Shown here in pieces: positions 35,756 to 49,662 of a DNA stretch of 64,000 nucleotides. The DNA is taken from positions 24,058,001 to 24,122,000 of the forward strand of contig NC_058368.1 of NCBI RefSeq assembly GCF_018350175.1. The letters run 5' to 3'. Under the pieces are notes generated by a model that worked only from the letters and a program-made list of their open reading frames with translations, was not told the origin of the DNA and did no database searches. The translations under genes were made by a program, and so were the position numbers. Each line of letters starts with the position of its first letter. Position 1 is the first letter of the stretch. Source of the stretch: Felis catus. Its lineage: Eukaryota.

Positions 35756-38455
35756 GGTCTCCAGGGAAAGGTTTCTGAAATCTCAATATGTGAGCCTCAC
35801 AGTAATGCATGTGGGTACTCTAATGTTTTCTGATAGGGAGAGAGAGGCTTACAGATTCATTAGTTCTTACCAATCATGTAACAAAAAGCCCAGCTGGTCA
35901 AAAGCAATCTACTGTTTTGGGGGAACTCCAAGGCCAGCTGCTGACCTAATGTGGAAGATACTGTAGAATATATGAACCAGCATTCTGGTTTCTCTTTCCA
36001 ATCACCCTGGTGTGTGACTCAGTCCCCTGGTGTTGCAAATACAAGATACATACTCAACAGTAGGGGCCCAGCTAGAGTTCACCACTAACTGAATTCTTCT
36101 ATTCCTCCTCCCCCACTCCTTTAACACTTACCATCTGCCTCCCATCTGGTAAGGAAAATCAAAGAAAAGGCTTCTCCCTACACTCAGGTTAGAGCAATGT
36201 ACCCCTAAAAAAAGCATCAAAACACCCTTGAAATGAAAGCGCTCCCCATCCAAAAAGAAAACAAAATTCAGAAAGGCAAAATCAGTTTCCTGATCTATTC
36301 ATCACACTTCCTCTCCAATAGTCTCAAATAGTCTCTGTTCAAAGCCACCATCTTGATAGATTTTTGTTTATTCAGCTAAGTGATTTCTTCTATGCCCCTC
36401 ACCCTAACGAAACACAATCACAGCTTCATTTACCCAAAGGACAAGTCAGCACTAACCTTGGGGTAACAGACCCCAGTGTGGTACAGCTTCTGTGGGGGTG
36501 GTGACGGGGTGGGAGTATGTTAATAGAAAGCATAACGAAGAAAAATTCAGGAAAGCAGTACAATATAATTAGGGGCAGCCTCTATGACAGGCATTGTTCT
36601 TCAACTATTTCTAATTGTTAGAACATTTAAACATTGTTTTTATGCTATCTACAGATGTCAAAATTGAGGTTTGGAGTTAACGGACTTGTTCAAAATACTA
36701 TAGTAAGTGGTTGATAGGAATACATTCTCAAACTGCGACCTGATTCCAAAGCTAATGCCCACCACAACGTTAAGACTGTATTTTCTATCTCCAAATAAAG
36801 ACAGTCCTGCCAGCTAACGGAATAAAAATTAACTGAATCTCAAAAACACAATCAGACCCAAATCCTACATCCTTCCTACTGCCAACATTACCAAGTTGTT
36901 TGCAGTGCTAGCTTCACACATCTTCACACATTTCTTTATCATCTTAGGGATGCCCTCAATAGTCACTTCAGAACCATCTTGATGCCCTAAACTTCCAATA
37001 GAGCAGGTTAAGGGATAAAGGTTGGGCATGCAGGCCACAGGCAAGGCAAGAAAAGATGCTAAAAAAGCAAAGTTCCCTTACCCCAGACCCTACCAGGAAG
37101 TTTCCTGTTAAAAAAAAAAAAGAATGAAAGAAACAATTCCGATTGACTGCTTATTCACCATGTTAAAAGGCCTTTCTGCCCCCTCATTTCCTCATTGGTC
37201 TTTCTTGGCCTTTAAAAGTTTAACCACAGTACTGTTATCAGTTAGAATGTAACCCTCTGGAACGGATGTTTGTTCAATTTGCATAGGGTGAATAGGAGAG
37301 AGACATCTAAAATTCCCTCCTTTGTCAGCTATGAATTAATACAAAAAAACAAGGGAAGGTCTTCTTTTTCTGTGTATACATCTCACAGATACCAAATCTG
37401 AAGTATCTAAATTCTGAGTCTTGGGTATATTCGCCCGTTGACTTGAAATCAGGGACAAATGGAACAAACAGCAAGTTATTTGGTAAGGAGAACACAAATG
37501 TTCTGAAAACACTCTATGTTGAACCAATGCTATGTCGTTACGAGTAAGGCATAAAAGGCAAGTACTCAAAGATTAAGAGTCAAAATGTGCTTTCAGGAAT
37601 TCTACATAAACACGAATGCACTAAAATAAGCAAAAAATTATCTTCAATAGCAATTTTTTAATTTTCAATTTATCATTGCTTTTCCTGGTAGCTATTATTT
37701 TAGCCACATGCCCTTTAATACACCCACGCTGATCTGAAGGTGCAGGAACACGCAGATACACAGAAGCAAATTGATTCTTCTGTTTTGTTTTTTTTTTTTC
37801 TTGCCAGGAAAATTGTCTGTCAAAACACAGTCAGGTTTGAGGATGATGTGTTAAGATACCATTGTGGTACCCAGGCCATCCTTCAAGCATTCTATCACCA
37901 GCTCCATTCAGCAGTTTTCTGACCTGTGAGGCATCTTAATCTCTCCCACGTTTGGAGATGATCTGTTGCACAATAAATGAGCTCTATAACAGAATATAAG
38001 GTCTGGTGTGCTCAGAGGGTGAGGATAAATCCTAGCAGAACATTGACACCATTGCTCATGTATTATCGGAAGGCTACACAATAAAAACCACCATGCATTT
38101 TATATAATGCCCACTGCTATAAATCTGCATACAAAATAAAGCCCTCTTTAACAGGTCAGAGCCATGCACATTCCAGCCAACATTCATATTCTATTGATTT
38201 CAGCCAAATTGGCTGTTTTCAACTCAAGCTAAGACCTTGTTCCTCAGAGAAATTTTAGAATCTGGAATGACCGTCTAACTTTCCTTGTGGTGGTGTTTTG
38301 TTTTGTTTTCCCTGCAAAAACTAACATGATGCAGCCCAGTGACTGTCATTTGTTAGAAATCTTTCCATGGAACTAAAAATTTGTCTTTGAGGTAAAGAGA
38401 TCAATTTGTCTGAAGGACCTTGCTGTATTCCATACCAAGTTTGACTGTGGCTTTT

Positions 38456-38678
38456 TTTATTTTTAATTTTTTTAACGTTTATTTATTATTGAGAGACAGA
38501 GAGACACAGAGCATGAGCAGGGGAAGGGGAGAGAGAGGGGGAGACACACAGTCTGAGGCAGGCTCCAGGCTCTGCGCTGTCAGTACAGAGCCAGACATGG
38601 GGCTTGAACTCACAAACTACGAGATCATGACCTGAGCCGAAGTCGGTCGCCTAAACAATGGCGCCACCCAGGTGCCCC
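38456..38678 (-). mobile_element. Can-SINE with 16-bp TSD
   Basis: TSD tttgactgtggctttt (38440-38455) / tttgcctgtggctttt (38680-38695). Confidence 0.94.
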
Positions 38679-38829
38679 ATTTGCCTGTGGCTTTTAAGCA
38701 ATATAATGTATGTATGACGTTGAAAACTTTACAAGATGGTGAAAGCCATAAGGACACCTTTGGTAGTTTGATGACTGCCATTTGTACCAAAGTTTCACCA
38801 AGTCAAGAAAGTGGCATTTTCCGTGTACA

Positions 38830-39870
38830 TGGATTCAACAAATGTTTGCTGAACATCTGCTATGTGCCAGGTGCTCTACTAGGAAAGCATTGAGTTGAAC
38901 AAAATCCCCAACTTCATAAAGCTTAGTCAGAGGGACAGGAACAACAACAACAAAATACATACCATAATGTCAGGTAGTGATAATAGCTATCAAGAAAATG
39001 AACCAGGTTCAAGCATAAAAAAGGGTGAGTTCTATTCTACATGCAATGGTCAGGGAAGTCCTCCCTAAGGATGAGATATGTGAGAAAAGATGTAAATCAT
39101 GTGAAAGAAAATCAGGCTGAGAACAGTGCTATAGCATAGGAAAGAGCAACTACAAAGGTTCAGAGATGCAAATGAACTTGGTATGTTCTAGAAATAACTT
39201 TTAGCTCACTGGAACTAAACAGGGAACACAGTAAGGAAATGGGGTTGGAGATGAAGAGATAGTCAGAGACCTGGTAATGTAGGCCTGTGGGATCCACAGA
39301 TACTAAGATATTGCAGAGTACTGAGTCTGGAGTATGCTCTTAGAACATTACTCCTCTGGCTATGTTGTGGAAAATAGAAGTTAGAGGATCCAGAGTAGAA
39401 GCAGGGACCAGCTGCTGGTCACAGCAGGAATGTGAATTAGTAATGACTAGGACAAGGTGAGAATCGTTAATAATTTGGATGAGAGGAGTTGAGAATTCAC
39501 TGTTCTGTTTTCAGTGTGTTTAATTTGAAATGCCTATAAAGAATCTAAGTGGACAACAATTGGATCTCCAAGTCTGGAGGTCAGGATCAAGGGCAGGACT
39601 AAAGATACAAGCTCAGAAGAGAACAGTAGGAGAGACTCTTAAAACCATGCACCTTTATGAGATCTAGAGTAGAAAGTTGTGTAGGGAGAGAAAACAAAGA
39701 CTCCAATATCTAGAAGTCAAGAAGAGACAGAATCAGAGAAGCAAACCCAGGAATTAAGGGACCACTTTACTATATGGTATTTTAGAAGTGAAAGAAGTAT
39801 TTTAAAAAGAATTATGATAAATGCTACTTAAATAATGAGTGAAATAAAACTGACCCTTGACCATTGGATT
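38830..39870 (-). mobile_element. L2 (about 1 kb)
   Basis: attcaacaaatgtttgctgaacatctgctatgtgccagg start followed by purine-rich reverse L2 body. Confidence 0.8.
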
Positions 39871-40084
39871 CAGTGTGTAGGACAACATAAACTTAAAATA
39901 GATGTTAGAAACATTTTTAAATCCATTTTCAGAAAGCTATTTTACCTAGTGGATAGCTTGCAAAAAAGCCAGCTTTCTGAATTTTATATTATATTTATAA
40001 TATGTTATAATTTCTAACAGGAATTTTTAAGAAACTTAACAAAAACGTTTCAAAATATATATAATGAAATAGAAGTATGTTTTA

Positions 40085-40200
40085 TCATAATAAAATATAT
40101 GAATATATAAAATATATATTTTAATATAAGAATATATAAAATATATACATATATTTTAATATATGAATATCTATTTTAACAATGAAATATAAATATATCA
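40085..40200. repeat. AT-rich degenerate tandem repeat (~30-bp unit containing gaatatataaaatatata)
   Basis: Directly visible, about 3 imperfect units. Confidence 0.6.
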
Positions 40201-41269
40201 GAAGCAATCAAAATGATTTCATATATGGTATTTTTCTTATAATTTTTAATACAAGATTATCTGGGCTAATTTGATTCCTTTCAGAGATGTCATTGATTTG
40301 AATAAAATTTAACTTGAAATATTAGTCACATATTAAAATTTCTATTATACAGATTCAACTATTCAAAATATTTCTAATTGTAATATTATTTCTAAGTTAT
40401 GTGCTAAAATGTCAATCTAGTTTTGAATTAAACTTATTTTAAAATTTTTAGATCCATAATTGTTGCAAATGGCTAGTATCTTTCAAGAAGTTGAAAAAGA
40501 ATACTAAAAATAAAGTTTGAACAAGAAAAAAAATGGTTTTTAAAAGTATCTAAAGGAAAATGAAATTAGCCAAAACAATCTGAGTAAATGTGAAGTGCTT
40601 ATAACAAGATTAACTACGACATGAGTAATTGGTACAAGTTTGCAGAAAATAGAAAAAAGCAAAGTGTCAAGTCAAATCAGGCAGTGAGGGGGGACTGAGT
40701 AATCTAGGAAGGGTTACTATTCTGGATCATTAAATCTGGACTAGTGAGAAATCACAGATGTGTCAAAACAAACACTTTAAATATTAATTTTTGGATACTA
40801 ATTGCTAAAACCAAACAAGTAAAGTTGACAAGCTACCAGAGAAAATTTGTAGAAAAATACTAAAAAGTTGGCAAGATTAGAAAGAAAAACAGATGTGACA
40901 GTTATAAAGCAATTTAAATGGAACTTAAATACCTATAAAAAAGGCATTTTACAATAAATAATGTGAATTACAAATTTATCTTAATCTCAATTTTAAGTTT
41001 TCAATTCAAAAACATCCCCAATATATCAGAATTGGCAAAACAGTACAGCATAGAAGTCCCATATTTAAGCATCCATGTGAATGGCAGTTCTTGCTGTTTC
41101 TTGTTTCAAATTCTCATGCAACCAACCTCAGAGAGGTGCAGTTCATCCATTCAAGCCAAATCACAAATTTTAAGTGACTGGCCGGTCAACAGATTGGCTT
41201 TTGGTGTTCAAGTTCTTCCCTGTGACTTGGCCTGAGGAAGAGCATAGCCAAGAGGTACAGGGCAGGCAT

Positions 41270-41505
41270 GGGAGCATAGTGGTTCCATGACTGGTCTCTG
41301 GAATCAGACTCCAGGGTTCAAACCTTGGATCTTTCTTTCATTTACAAGCTGTGCAACCTTGGGCAAGTTATTTAATCACTCTGTGTCAGCTTCCTCATCT
41401 GTAAAAGGGTAAGAGTAGTATCTACCTAACAGAACTGTGAAGCAATGGGTGGAATGGGTTTAGATCTTGGCACACAGTGAACTAATGAAGCATGTAAACT
41501 GTTAC
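41270..41505 (+). mobile_element. MIR
   Basis: ctctggaatcagac…gggttcaaa…accttgggcaagttatttaa…cttcctcatctgtaaaa. Confidence 0.85.
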
Positions 41506-43593
41506 TGTAGTATGAAAGAGCCAATTAAGGGCTACTTTGAAACCCAGAATTCAGAATATTAGCATTACCCAGTAGAAAATGAGCATTGGTGGTTTTGGAG
41601 CAGAAGAATATGGAATGCACAACAATTAATCCAATGGTCCTGGGAATGAAAACTGTACACACATTTTAACAACTGGACTCTAGGGTCCCTGAGCACAAGA
41701 TTTCCATTTTGTTCAGGGTAAGTTAACCATATACCCCAGTTTCCAGCACTGAGCTGCAGCTGTAGCTCATGTCCAATAGACGGGTTTATGGAATTGAACG
41801 GACTTACTTTAAAAAAAAAAAAAAGAATTGGAATTTGGTGAAAATGGGAATGTAAAAGCAAGACAAACTTCCAACTACACTCAATCTGATTTTGATACGG
41901 CATCAAAGAATATCACTACCTTTTTTCAAAAAAGCAAGCAGGAAGAAAGTAAGTTAGACACTTTGCATTTCAGATACGGGTGGTACACTTAGGTGCAAAT
42001 GTCTAGCAGAGAGAGTTAGGAATGTGAGACTGAGCTTGGAAGGTAAGACAGGGCTAAAAATACAAATTTGGGCATCATCTGCTTCCATGTGTGAATTAAA
42101 GCTAGAGGAAGGGATCAAATGACTAACGGAAACTCAGAAGAAAAGACGAGGCCAGAGCATGAATCAGGAAAAGCAAATAGTCTTATAAAGTCGGATTCCG
42201 GATGGCCCAAGACAGGACTGCACTGAGCACAGAGGTAGAGCTGTTAATTTTAGAAATCTACGGAGATACCTTTTCCTTGATAAATGACCCCCGCATTACT
42301 TCATCTACTGTCAACAAACTCTGCCAAACTTCCAAAAAACAACTTACCCTTGAAACATTTTTGCCTTCATCTCTTTTCTATGGAATGGTCTCGAACAGAA
42401 ACTGTAGCATAACCACTATTTTCTGCTTCTCCCCTGTAAATGCTGGAGCAATCAACACTGAAATTCTGAAATGATATCACACTCTTGACCAGAGCTGAAG
42501 AAGGAATTGACATTCTTGGAAGGTAATAGTAAAATTGTATGTTAAACAGGGCATTTTTTTTCTCCCTCAGCAAAAATTTTCTCTAAGTCTTATTTTTTTT
42601 ATTTAACTTCATGTTTTCAATAACTTAATTTGGGCTTCACTGGAAATTTTTTTGAGGTGAATGACATAATAATAGCTAGAATATTAATTGGCATGTTCAG
42701 GCAGGGATGAAAATCTATTTGAGGAAAATGGAAATTGGAAGTACAGGGAGGTGGCATTTAAGAATCCAGAAGCACAAGAACAAACTGAATCTTAATTTTT
42801 TTTCCCTGATTTTACTGTTTACATAAACCATGTGGCAGAATTTGGAATGAGTCGTTTCTGACCTATGCGGATAGCCTCTGAGCATACTTAAGAAGCTTAT
42901 ACTGAATGTTCATTTACAGAAGGGGTAGTAGGCATTTCACAAAGGTGATTTATTTATTTTATTTTTACTTATTTTTTTTAAATTTAATGTGAATACAGTG
43001 AGAAAGAAGACATTAGGACATTAAGACTTGCTTAAGATTATATCCTAAAAAACTAAAATTATGGAATTATCTTTTTAATCTCATGTTTAGTACTTATTTA
43101 CATTGTAATTGCAAATGTGCATTCTTAGGAAAAAAACTAGTATATGAACATGATTTTTCAAACACAAATATACTGTATATAATTTATACTGGAGTCTTAT
43201 GATCATAAAGACACACGTTTCACACACAAAAATTGTGCCACTTAAGCCTTTAATTTTCAAATTCTTTTCAGGTCCATCACTTCATTATTTTTCTCTTCAG
43301 TTGGTAATTGAAAATGTGGTAGACTTACACTATCAGTCATTTTTATGTGATTAATCACTTTCATGGATGTCATGAAACCTAAAATCCCTCCACCATGATT
43401 TGAGATTTTCAGTATGTTTGCATTGAATTTTTAGGTGTTTACAGTAACTGATATTCAGCGATGCTCTTCTGTACAGATATTTTTACAATGGGTAGGGATG
43501 GATGCTAGTGTTAGGACCAGGGAGAGGCTAGAAAATGGTATCTTTTTTAAGAACTCACTTCAACCGAGGAACGTTTTCATATAATGTCAACAT

Positions 43594-43607
43594 GTTTCCT
43601 TAGCAAC
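43594..43607. promoter_or_regulatory. RFX X-box motif match
   Basis: GTTTCC-TT-AGCAAC fits GTYNCC-N0-3-RGYAAC; motif only, function unknown. Confidence 0.3.
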
Positions 43608-44033
43608 TGTGTAACAATGGGAGATTGAATCATATATATTGGATTTCACAGACTCACCAGACTATAGTTTTTTAGACTGGATGGCCTTTGCCTCTTACTC
43701 CAGAGATACAGCATAAAAGAGCAGGATAAATGCCCAGAACATACTTTAAGGTGAATACTTCATAGGGGTTATAAGTAAATGAGCACTTTTCATTGATATT
43801 AACAACACTTATTGGGTGATCATTATTGTCCAACGTTTCACTTGCCTTAATTCTACTTTTCATTGTCACATAACCCATTAAGATGGGTATGATGACATTG
43901 CCTGCATTTAACCAGTGACAAAAGTGAGACCCAGAAAGGCTAGAAATGTTGCTCAATTTCACAAGGCTAGCAAAAATTTTGAAAAAAATAATCCTAAGCT
44001 CTATAAACTTTATTTGAGTGAGGTTATAGAGCT

Positions 44034-44253
44034 GGGTCACATGGGTGGCTCAGTCAGTTAAGTGTCAGACTTCTGTTTTTGGCTCAGATCATGGTATCAC
44101 TCTTTGTGAGATCCAGCCTTGAGACCAGCGCTATGCTAACAGTGCAGAACCTGCTTGGGATTTTCTCTGTCTCCCTCTCTCTGCCCCTCTCCTGACTGCT
44201 CACTTTCTCTCTCTCTCAAAATAAAGGAAGGAAAGAAAGAAAGAACAAAAGAA
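44034..44253 (+). mobile_element. Can-SINE (older)
   Basis: Head, CT tract, (GAAA) tail; TSD aggttatagagct / aggttacggagtt. Confidence 0.9.
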
Positions 44254-45174
44254 AGGTTACGGAGTTTAGATACAATGGCATATACAAATAATAGATCCTG
44301 TTGGGGATGATGTAGCTATTAGACTACTTACACACTAGTTCATAAAGAAGGATAAGCTTACCTATGGAGTTTAAAGATGAAAATAGTGATAAGCCACTAA
44401 TTCATTCTTTAAGCATCAAACAAGCTATGAGGTTATGTTTCTAATTTATATTAGTTTTGTTCCATACAACAGCCAAAGACTACAAGAATTTGAAATTATC
44501 TTTTGTGACTAGAAGTTAAAAACGAATTCCTTAGAACTATCATGTTCTATATGGAAGTGCTAACTACTTAGTTGTGCAGCCCCATTCATCCATAAAGCAC
44601 TGCATTTGACATTGATTTCTTCAGGCACTTGAAGGGAGTATCAACAGCTAGAAGGGTGCATGACCATTCATTATTTTAACAGTGAAAATACAAGCTCATG
44701 AGGTCAAAATCCCTATCAGTAATGTATAGGTATTCATTTGCAAATCTTGACTACTTGTAAGGCTGATGAGACACTGATATTAGAGTACCTCAGTAATAAT
44801 TCATAAACTGGGTTTAGACAGATATCTGAAGCACCAAGAATTCCCTAAGTGCCTCCTTCCATAAAACTGACACGAACAAATCCGTCCCCTGAAAATCCAC
44901 TGATAGTTTTGAATAAATGACAGGGGCAAGGACAAAGCATCTCTAACACATTATTCTTAAAATGTTCTAAAAATTTCAAAGTTTCCTAATTCTTTTTGCT
45001 AGCTCTACCTTACTTATCAAGTCTACTCAGTCATCAGTGTAAATCAAATCTTAAAACTAGCAAATGAACAAGTCAACAAAAACCTACCAGGTTTACCAAG
45101 TCCCTGGATACCACTGATGTTTTCTGGCATTTTTCTAACAGGTGTTTCAGATGATCATTCAGTTGCCATCCCAC

Positions 45175-45604
45175 AGGGAAAATTCTCTGGTTCACCACAC
45201 TTAAGTCAGGCTCCTGTGAGCACTCTGCTTAACTTAGACTGGACCCTTGGTTTCTGTTACTGTCCTTGTAGTGTTTCGTTTTACCAAGAATACTAAGTCA
45301 GATTAGCCAGAATCCCCACCCACCTTCCTTTTCTGCCATTATCTTCCAGGTAAAATGTGACCACTCAGGCCTGCCTTCAGCAAGAATCATGTGAGGTTCA
45401 GTTTGGCAAAGAACTACTCTACTTTCTCTATCATTTTGTATCCACTGACCCCTCCACCTTCTTCCTTGACTATGAATTCCCACTTGCCCGGGCTGTATTT
45501 GGCATTGAGCCCAATTCTATACTAAGATCTTTTTTTCCGTATTGCAGTTCCTCAGTAAAATCTGTTTTCACTGCTTTAACTACCATCCAGTTCTCGTTTT
45601 GACA
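45175..45604 (+). mobile_element. ERV1 solo LTR (MER31-like)
   Basis: cttaagtcaggctcctgtgagc…cagcaagaatc…gagcccaattc…ttttgaca matches recalled MER31/MER67-type LTR. Confidence 0.7.
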
Positions 45605-46669
45605 AATGGAGCAAGTCCAATAGCGAAAGTTCATATTGATAATTATGGTCTAGGTACTCTACAAACATCTCCAACTGTCTTTGAATCTATGCATCAGCTT
45701 TCTCATCTCTAACATGAAGATAAAGTCTCCTTCACTTTGAGGATTAAATGAGTTAATAGTTCAAAACTTAGAATGTCTAGCACATACTAAATATTCAATG
45801 TTATTTTTGTTAATCTTACTACCAAATTCTACATTCCTAAGTTCTTCTAAACCTCTAGTGCTTTAGCCATATAGGTACTTCAATATTAACAAGTCTTTTC
45901 ATTATGCCCTGAATACTTAAATTCAAGCAAAATTTCCAAATACCGTGTAAGTATCCCATAGGTAACTACAAGTTAGTAAGTGAAGATCTGTAACACATGA
46001 AAAAAAAAAAATCCCCTTGTTACTTCTTGGTCACCTATCAATATAAATCCATTAGTATATGAGTAGATTCACAAACTGTTATGGTTTCAAAGATAAGGAG
46101 CACCTACAGAGGTGTAAAAAGTAATAACTAGCACAGTAGGGATCAACCATCAATTTATCAGAGGCTGTAAAAGAAATTAGTATTTGATCACATAGAACCA
46201 TGCCTGACTGACTAGACTCTTAGATATCTTTTTTAGTTGAAATAATCTGAAGATACCAAACTCTAAGCCTTTTGGGGGTTCAATAAATGTTAGCTTTTGT
46301 TTTATCAGTGAAAAAATGCTGATTTACTTTCAATTCACATATTTGGTGTGTAAAACACCTCTCAGAGTTCCTAACATAAAGGCTCTAGAGAAACTTGTTG
46401 CATTAAAGAATAGATGAGTAAATACATTAATGTGATCATATCAATGCCATTGTGATTTGAGTATTTCTGGTCTTCTGCCTGTCCTCAATCTCTTATTCAT
46501 TCTTCCCTCTACCTGTTTATCTTGACCTTTTGGGGATTGCTTCCTGTCTTCCACTTCAGTTTGACTTTATCTACTCTTGTTTATTTGGTCATCTTCCCCC
46601 CGCCCCCCGCCTTTTCGATCTTATATACACATTGAACTCTCCCCTCTCAAAATTCTTCTAAGGTGGAAA

Positions 46670-47400
46670 TAGATAATTTCTTTCAAAAGTATAGATCCTC
46701 AAGGACAAAGATAACAGGGTGAAGAACACATCAAGATTTTAGAAGCTAGAAATCCTATGAATGAATGGGAAATGACTTAGCAAACCTGAAAGCCCTAACC
46801 AGCCTGGTTGATGGGGAAGCCCAAAATCTGGTCATTATATACCACAAATCACAAAAGTGTTAAAGAATTGAAGTTACATGGTACCTCTGAAAGGAAGAGA
46901 TATAGATAGAGCTGATTGGCTGAAAATCTGTTTAGAAAGAAAATAAACACGCTCCAAACTCAGCCAAAGATGGACAATTTACTCTCTCAATAGGGTTCAT
47001 TGGGGGATTCTAGAGAGTATCAGGCACAGTTGGGAGCAGAGTTACCCAACTGAGAATTGCTAAGTCAAAGACAATCCACTGGATAATGAGGCCCCCAATC
47101 CCTTCCCCAGCTCAGATTCCAAAATAAAATCAACTAGACTTGTACCTTCCACAGGTAATTGAAAATAATCCAAAGTCATGAAGGAAATATGACCAGAGAG
47201 AATAGAGCTAGTGAAACCAATAGGCAAGTGATTGCCCCCACCAACAAAATGGTCTAGAAGACACCCCCACATAGACACACACAGACAGTGCTTAGAATCA
47301 GGATTTCTGCTCCTCAACCTAAAGTGAGTGGTGAGCCTGAGACCGTTAGACATTTGAGAAAAGCTTCTCATATAAGAGACAGAAATCCATCAGAAAATAA
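46670..47400 (+). mobile_element. HAL1/old L1 5' region
   Basis: caaggacaaagataacag…agaagctagaaa…agacatttgagaaaagc; similar in type to 2050-2620. Confidence 0.5.
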
Positions 47401-48699
47401 GAATTGTCCCTTGTGTCCCTTCATTACCTACCTTAGTCCTTTCATGGTTCTTTATTATAGTTATTTTTTCCCCATGTCTACCTTTTGCCAGAAGACTATG
47501 AATTGAACAGGCAGAATGTATCTTATTTATTTTTCCATTTCCAGCACATAGCCTGGGGCCCAAAAAATAACAGAGTACTTGATAAAAGTCGGTTAATTTA
47601 AGGAGAGAAGGAGAAAAGTAGAGTGATAGAGATTATAAGGAGAAAAAGCTAACTGTGAGTGACTGAACACTAGACATGACTCATAGAAAGCAAACAAAAT
47701 GACTGGACAGTTTCAAAATTTAGTAGTTCAGTATAGGAAGAGAAGCAAGAGCAAGAAAATGAAAGCTGCCAGGGAGTTAGAAGCACAGCAGCAAATATGG
47801 TCTCTGAAGGACAGGCAGTTAAAAAGTGCTTTGAGGAGTTCGTTGTCTATAATGGCAGTGCCACTGACCACATCAGCTTGGAGGAGGACAAAGAATTACC
47901 CAGAGGCTTTGGCATGCTGACATTGCTGGCGTCCATGATAGTAGCCATTTCCAGGGAGAGGGGAAAGGAAAAGCCTCATTGGGCTGACTTGTGGAAAAAT
48001 CTAAGCTGAAAAGTAGAGACAGTAAAAACATCCACAGAGATGTCTGCTGTGAAAGAGAGTTGCAGTGGGGGAAGATGGGGACTCAATACCAACATGAATA
48101 AAATATTACGAAGGGATAATTGTATGCCCACAAGAAGGATCTGATATGGACACAGAAAGTGGTGATGGAAGAGCAACAACGGTGTGAGATCTTTCGAGAA
48201 GATCAGAAAGATTGTAGAGAGGCTGCCCTTAGCAACGAGAACAGACAATTCCATTATAAGAGGACAGAAGGTACACTCTGTAGGAGCAGAGGAAGATGGG
48301 CTGGTAAAATTGGTGCTGGGAACATGAGGCAGTTCTCAGTTGATTGCATCCCTTTTGTCCATGAAATGTGCACCATTTGCACACAGCGAGAGGGGAGATT
48401 TTTCTTCTAACACGAGTAAAATTGGGTTGTAAAGACCAGGAAAAAACCTCAAGTAGTTTTTTTAGAGTAAGATGTATTTGCTGAGGAAAACTAACTAAAA
48501 GGCCAAGCTCTGGAATGTGCCTCTAGGAAACATTAGCGTCCTAAGTCTGGAAAGAAAGAAGTGTATAATTTAACTTTACAACAGACTACTACCCAAGCAA
48601 CCACCGGGAAGGTTTTTTTTTTTTTTTTTAGCTCAAGGCAATAGCCCCAATCACACAAATTCAAGGTTCTTCAGAGAACATCTCATAATAGCCATTTCT

Positions 48700-48806
48700 T
48701 TTAAATTTATTGCTTTATTTTGAGAGAGACAGTGTGGAGAGAATGCGTGCAAGCTGAGGAAGGGCGAGGAGGAGGGGGAGGGGGAGAAGAAGAAGAAGAG
48801 GAAGAA

Positions 48807-48840
<34 letters not shown>

Positions 48841-48972
48841 CGAGCGAGCCCCAAGCAGGCTCCATACTGCTAGCATGGAGCCCAATGCCAGACTCGAACT
48901 CACAAACCGTGAAATCATAACCTGAGCTGTAATCTAGAGTCAAACGCCCCATCAACTGAGCCACCCAGGCAC
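48700..48972 (-). mobile_element. Can-SINE with expanded purine (GAG/GAA/GA) tract
   Basis: TSD cataatagccatttct (48684-48699) / cataatagctatttct (48973-48988). Confidence 0.93.
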
Positions 48973-49003
48973 CATAATAGCTATTTCTAAATGTCAAAAT
49001 ACT

Positions 49004-49222
49004 GGGGCACCTTGGTGGCTCAGACAGTTAAGTGTCCCACTTCAAATGAGGTCATGATCTCACAGTCTGTGAGTTCGAGCCCCACATCAGGCTCTGTGTT
49101 GACAGCTCCAAGCCTGGGGCCTGCCTCAGATTCTGTGTCTCCTTCTCTCTCTGCCCCTCCCCCACTCCCATTCTGTGTGTCTTTCTCAAAAAAATAAACA
49201 TTAAAAAAAATTGAAAAAAATA
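49004..49222 (+). mobile_element. Can-SINE
   Basis: Flanking direct repeat aaatgtcaaaata at 48989-49001 and 49223-49235. Confidence 0.94.
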
Positions 49223-49619
49223 AAATGTCAAAATAGAAAATACCATGTACACTAGGTGTTTACATATATTTTACATACCTTAATTTCACTCAGTCTCATA
49301 ACAATCCTGTAAATTATCCTTTCCCTGTTTAAAACCCAAAAAATGATACCCCAGAAAATTAGCCAAGCCAACACAGCTGCCAAATAGCCAAACTGGAAGT
49401 CAAACCTCAGTGTGATTCCTAAGATCAGTTCTTTCTCTGACCCTATCAACAAAGACATCCATGACTTCATGCAATACCGTAACTTAAAAAATGCTCACTT
49501 TAGGTAATACTCCAAATTTTAAAATATTCTTTTTAAACTCTATTTTTCAGTTTATTCAGAATTATATGGATCTCACATGTATGGTGATACATGCAGAATT
49601 TGTTCATTTATAGACAGAT

Positions 49620-49662
<43 letters not shown>
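49620..49662. repeat. (GATA)n tetranucleotide microsatellite
   Basis: About 10 perfect units. Confidence 0.95.

Noticed and set aside
42358..42433. Minus-strand exon-like segment (tttacag| … agg|gtaagt)
   Set aside because: Stops in all three frames and a weak polypyrimidine tract; no support for a coding exon
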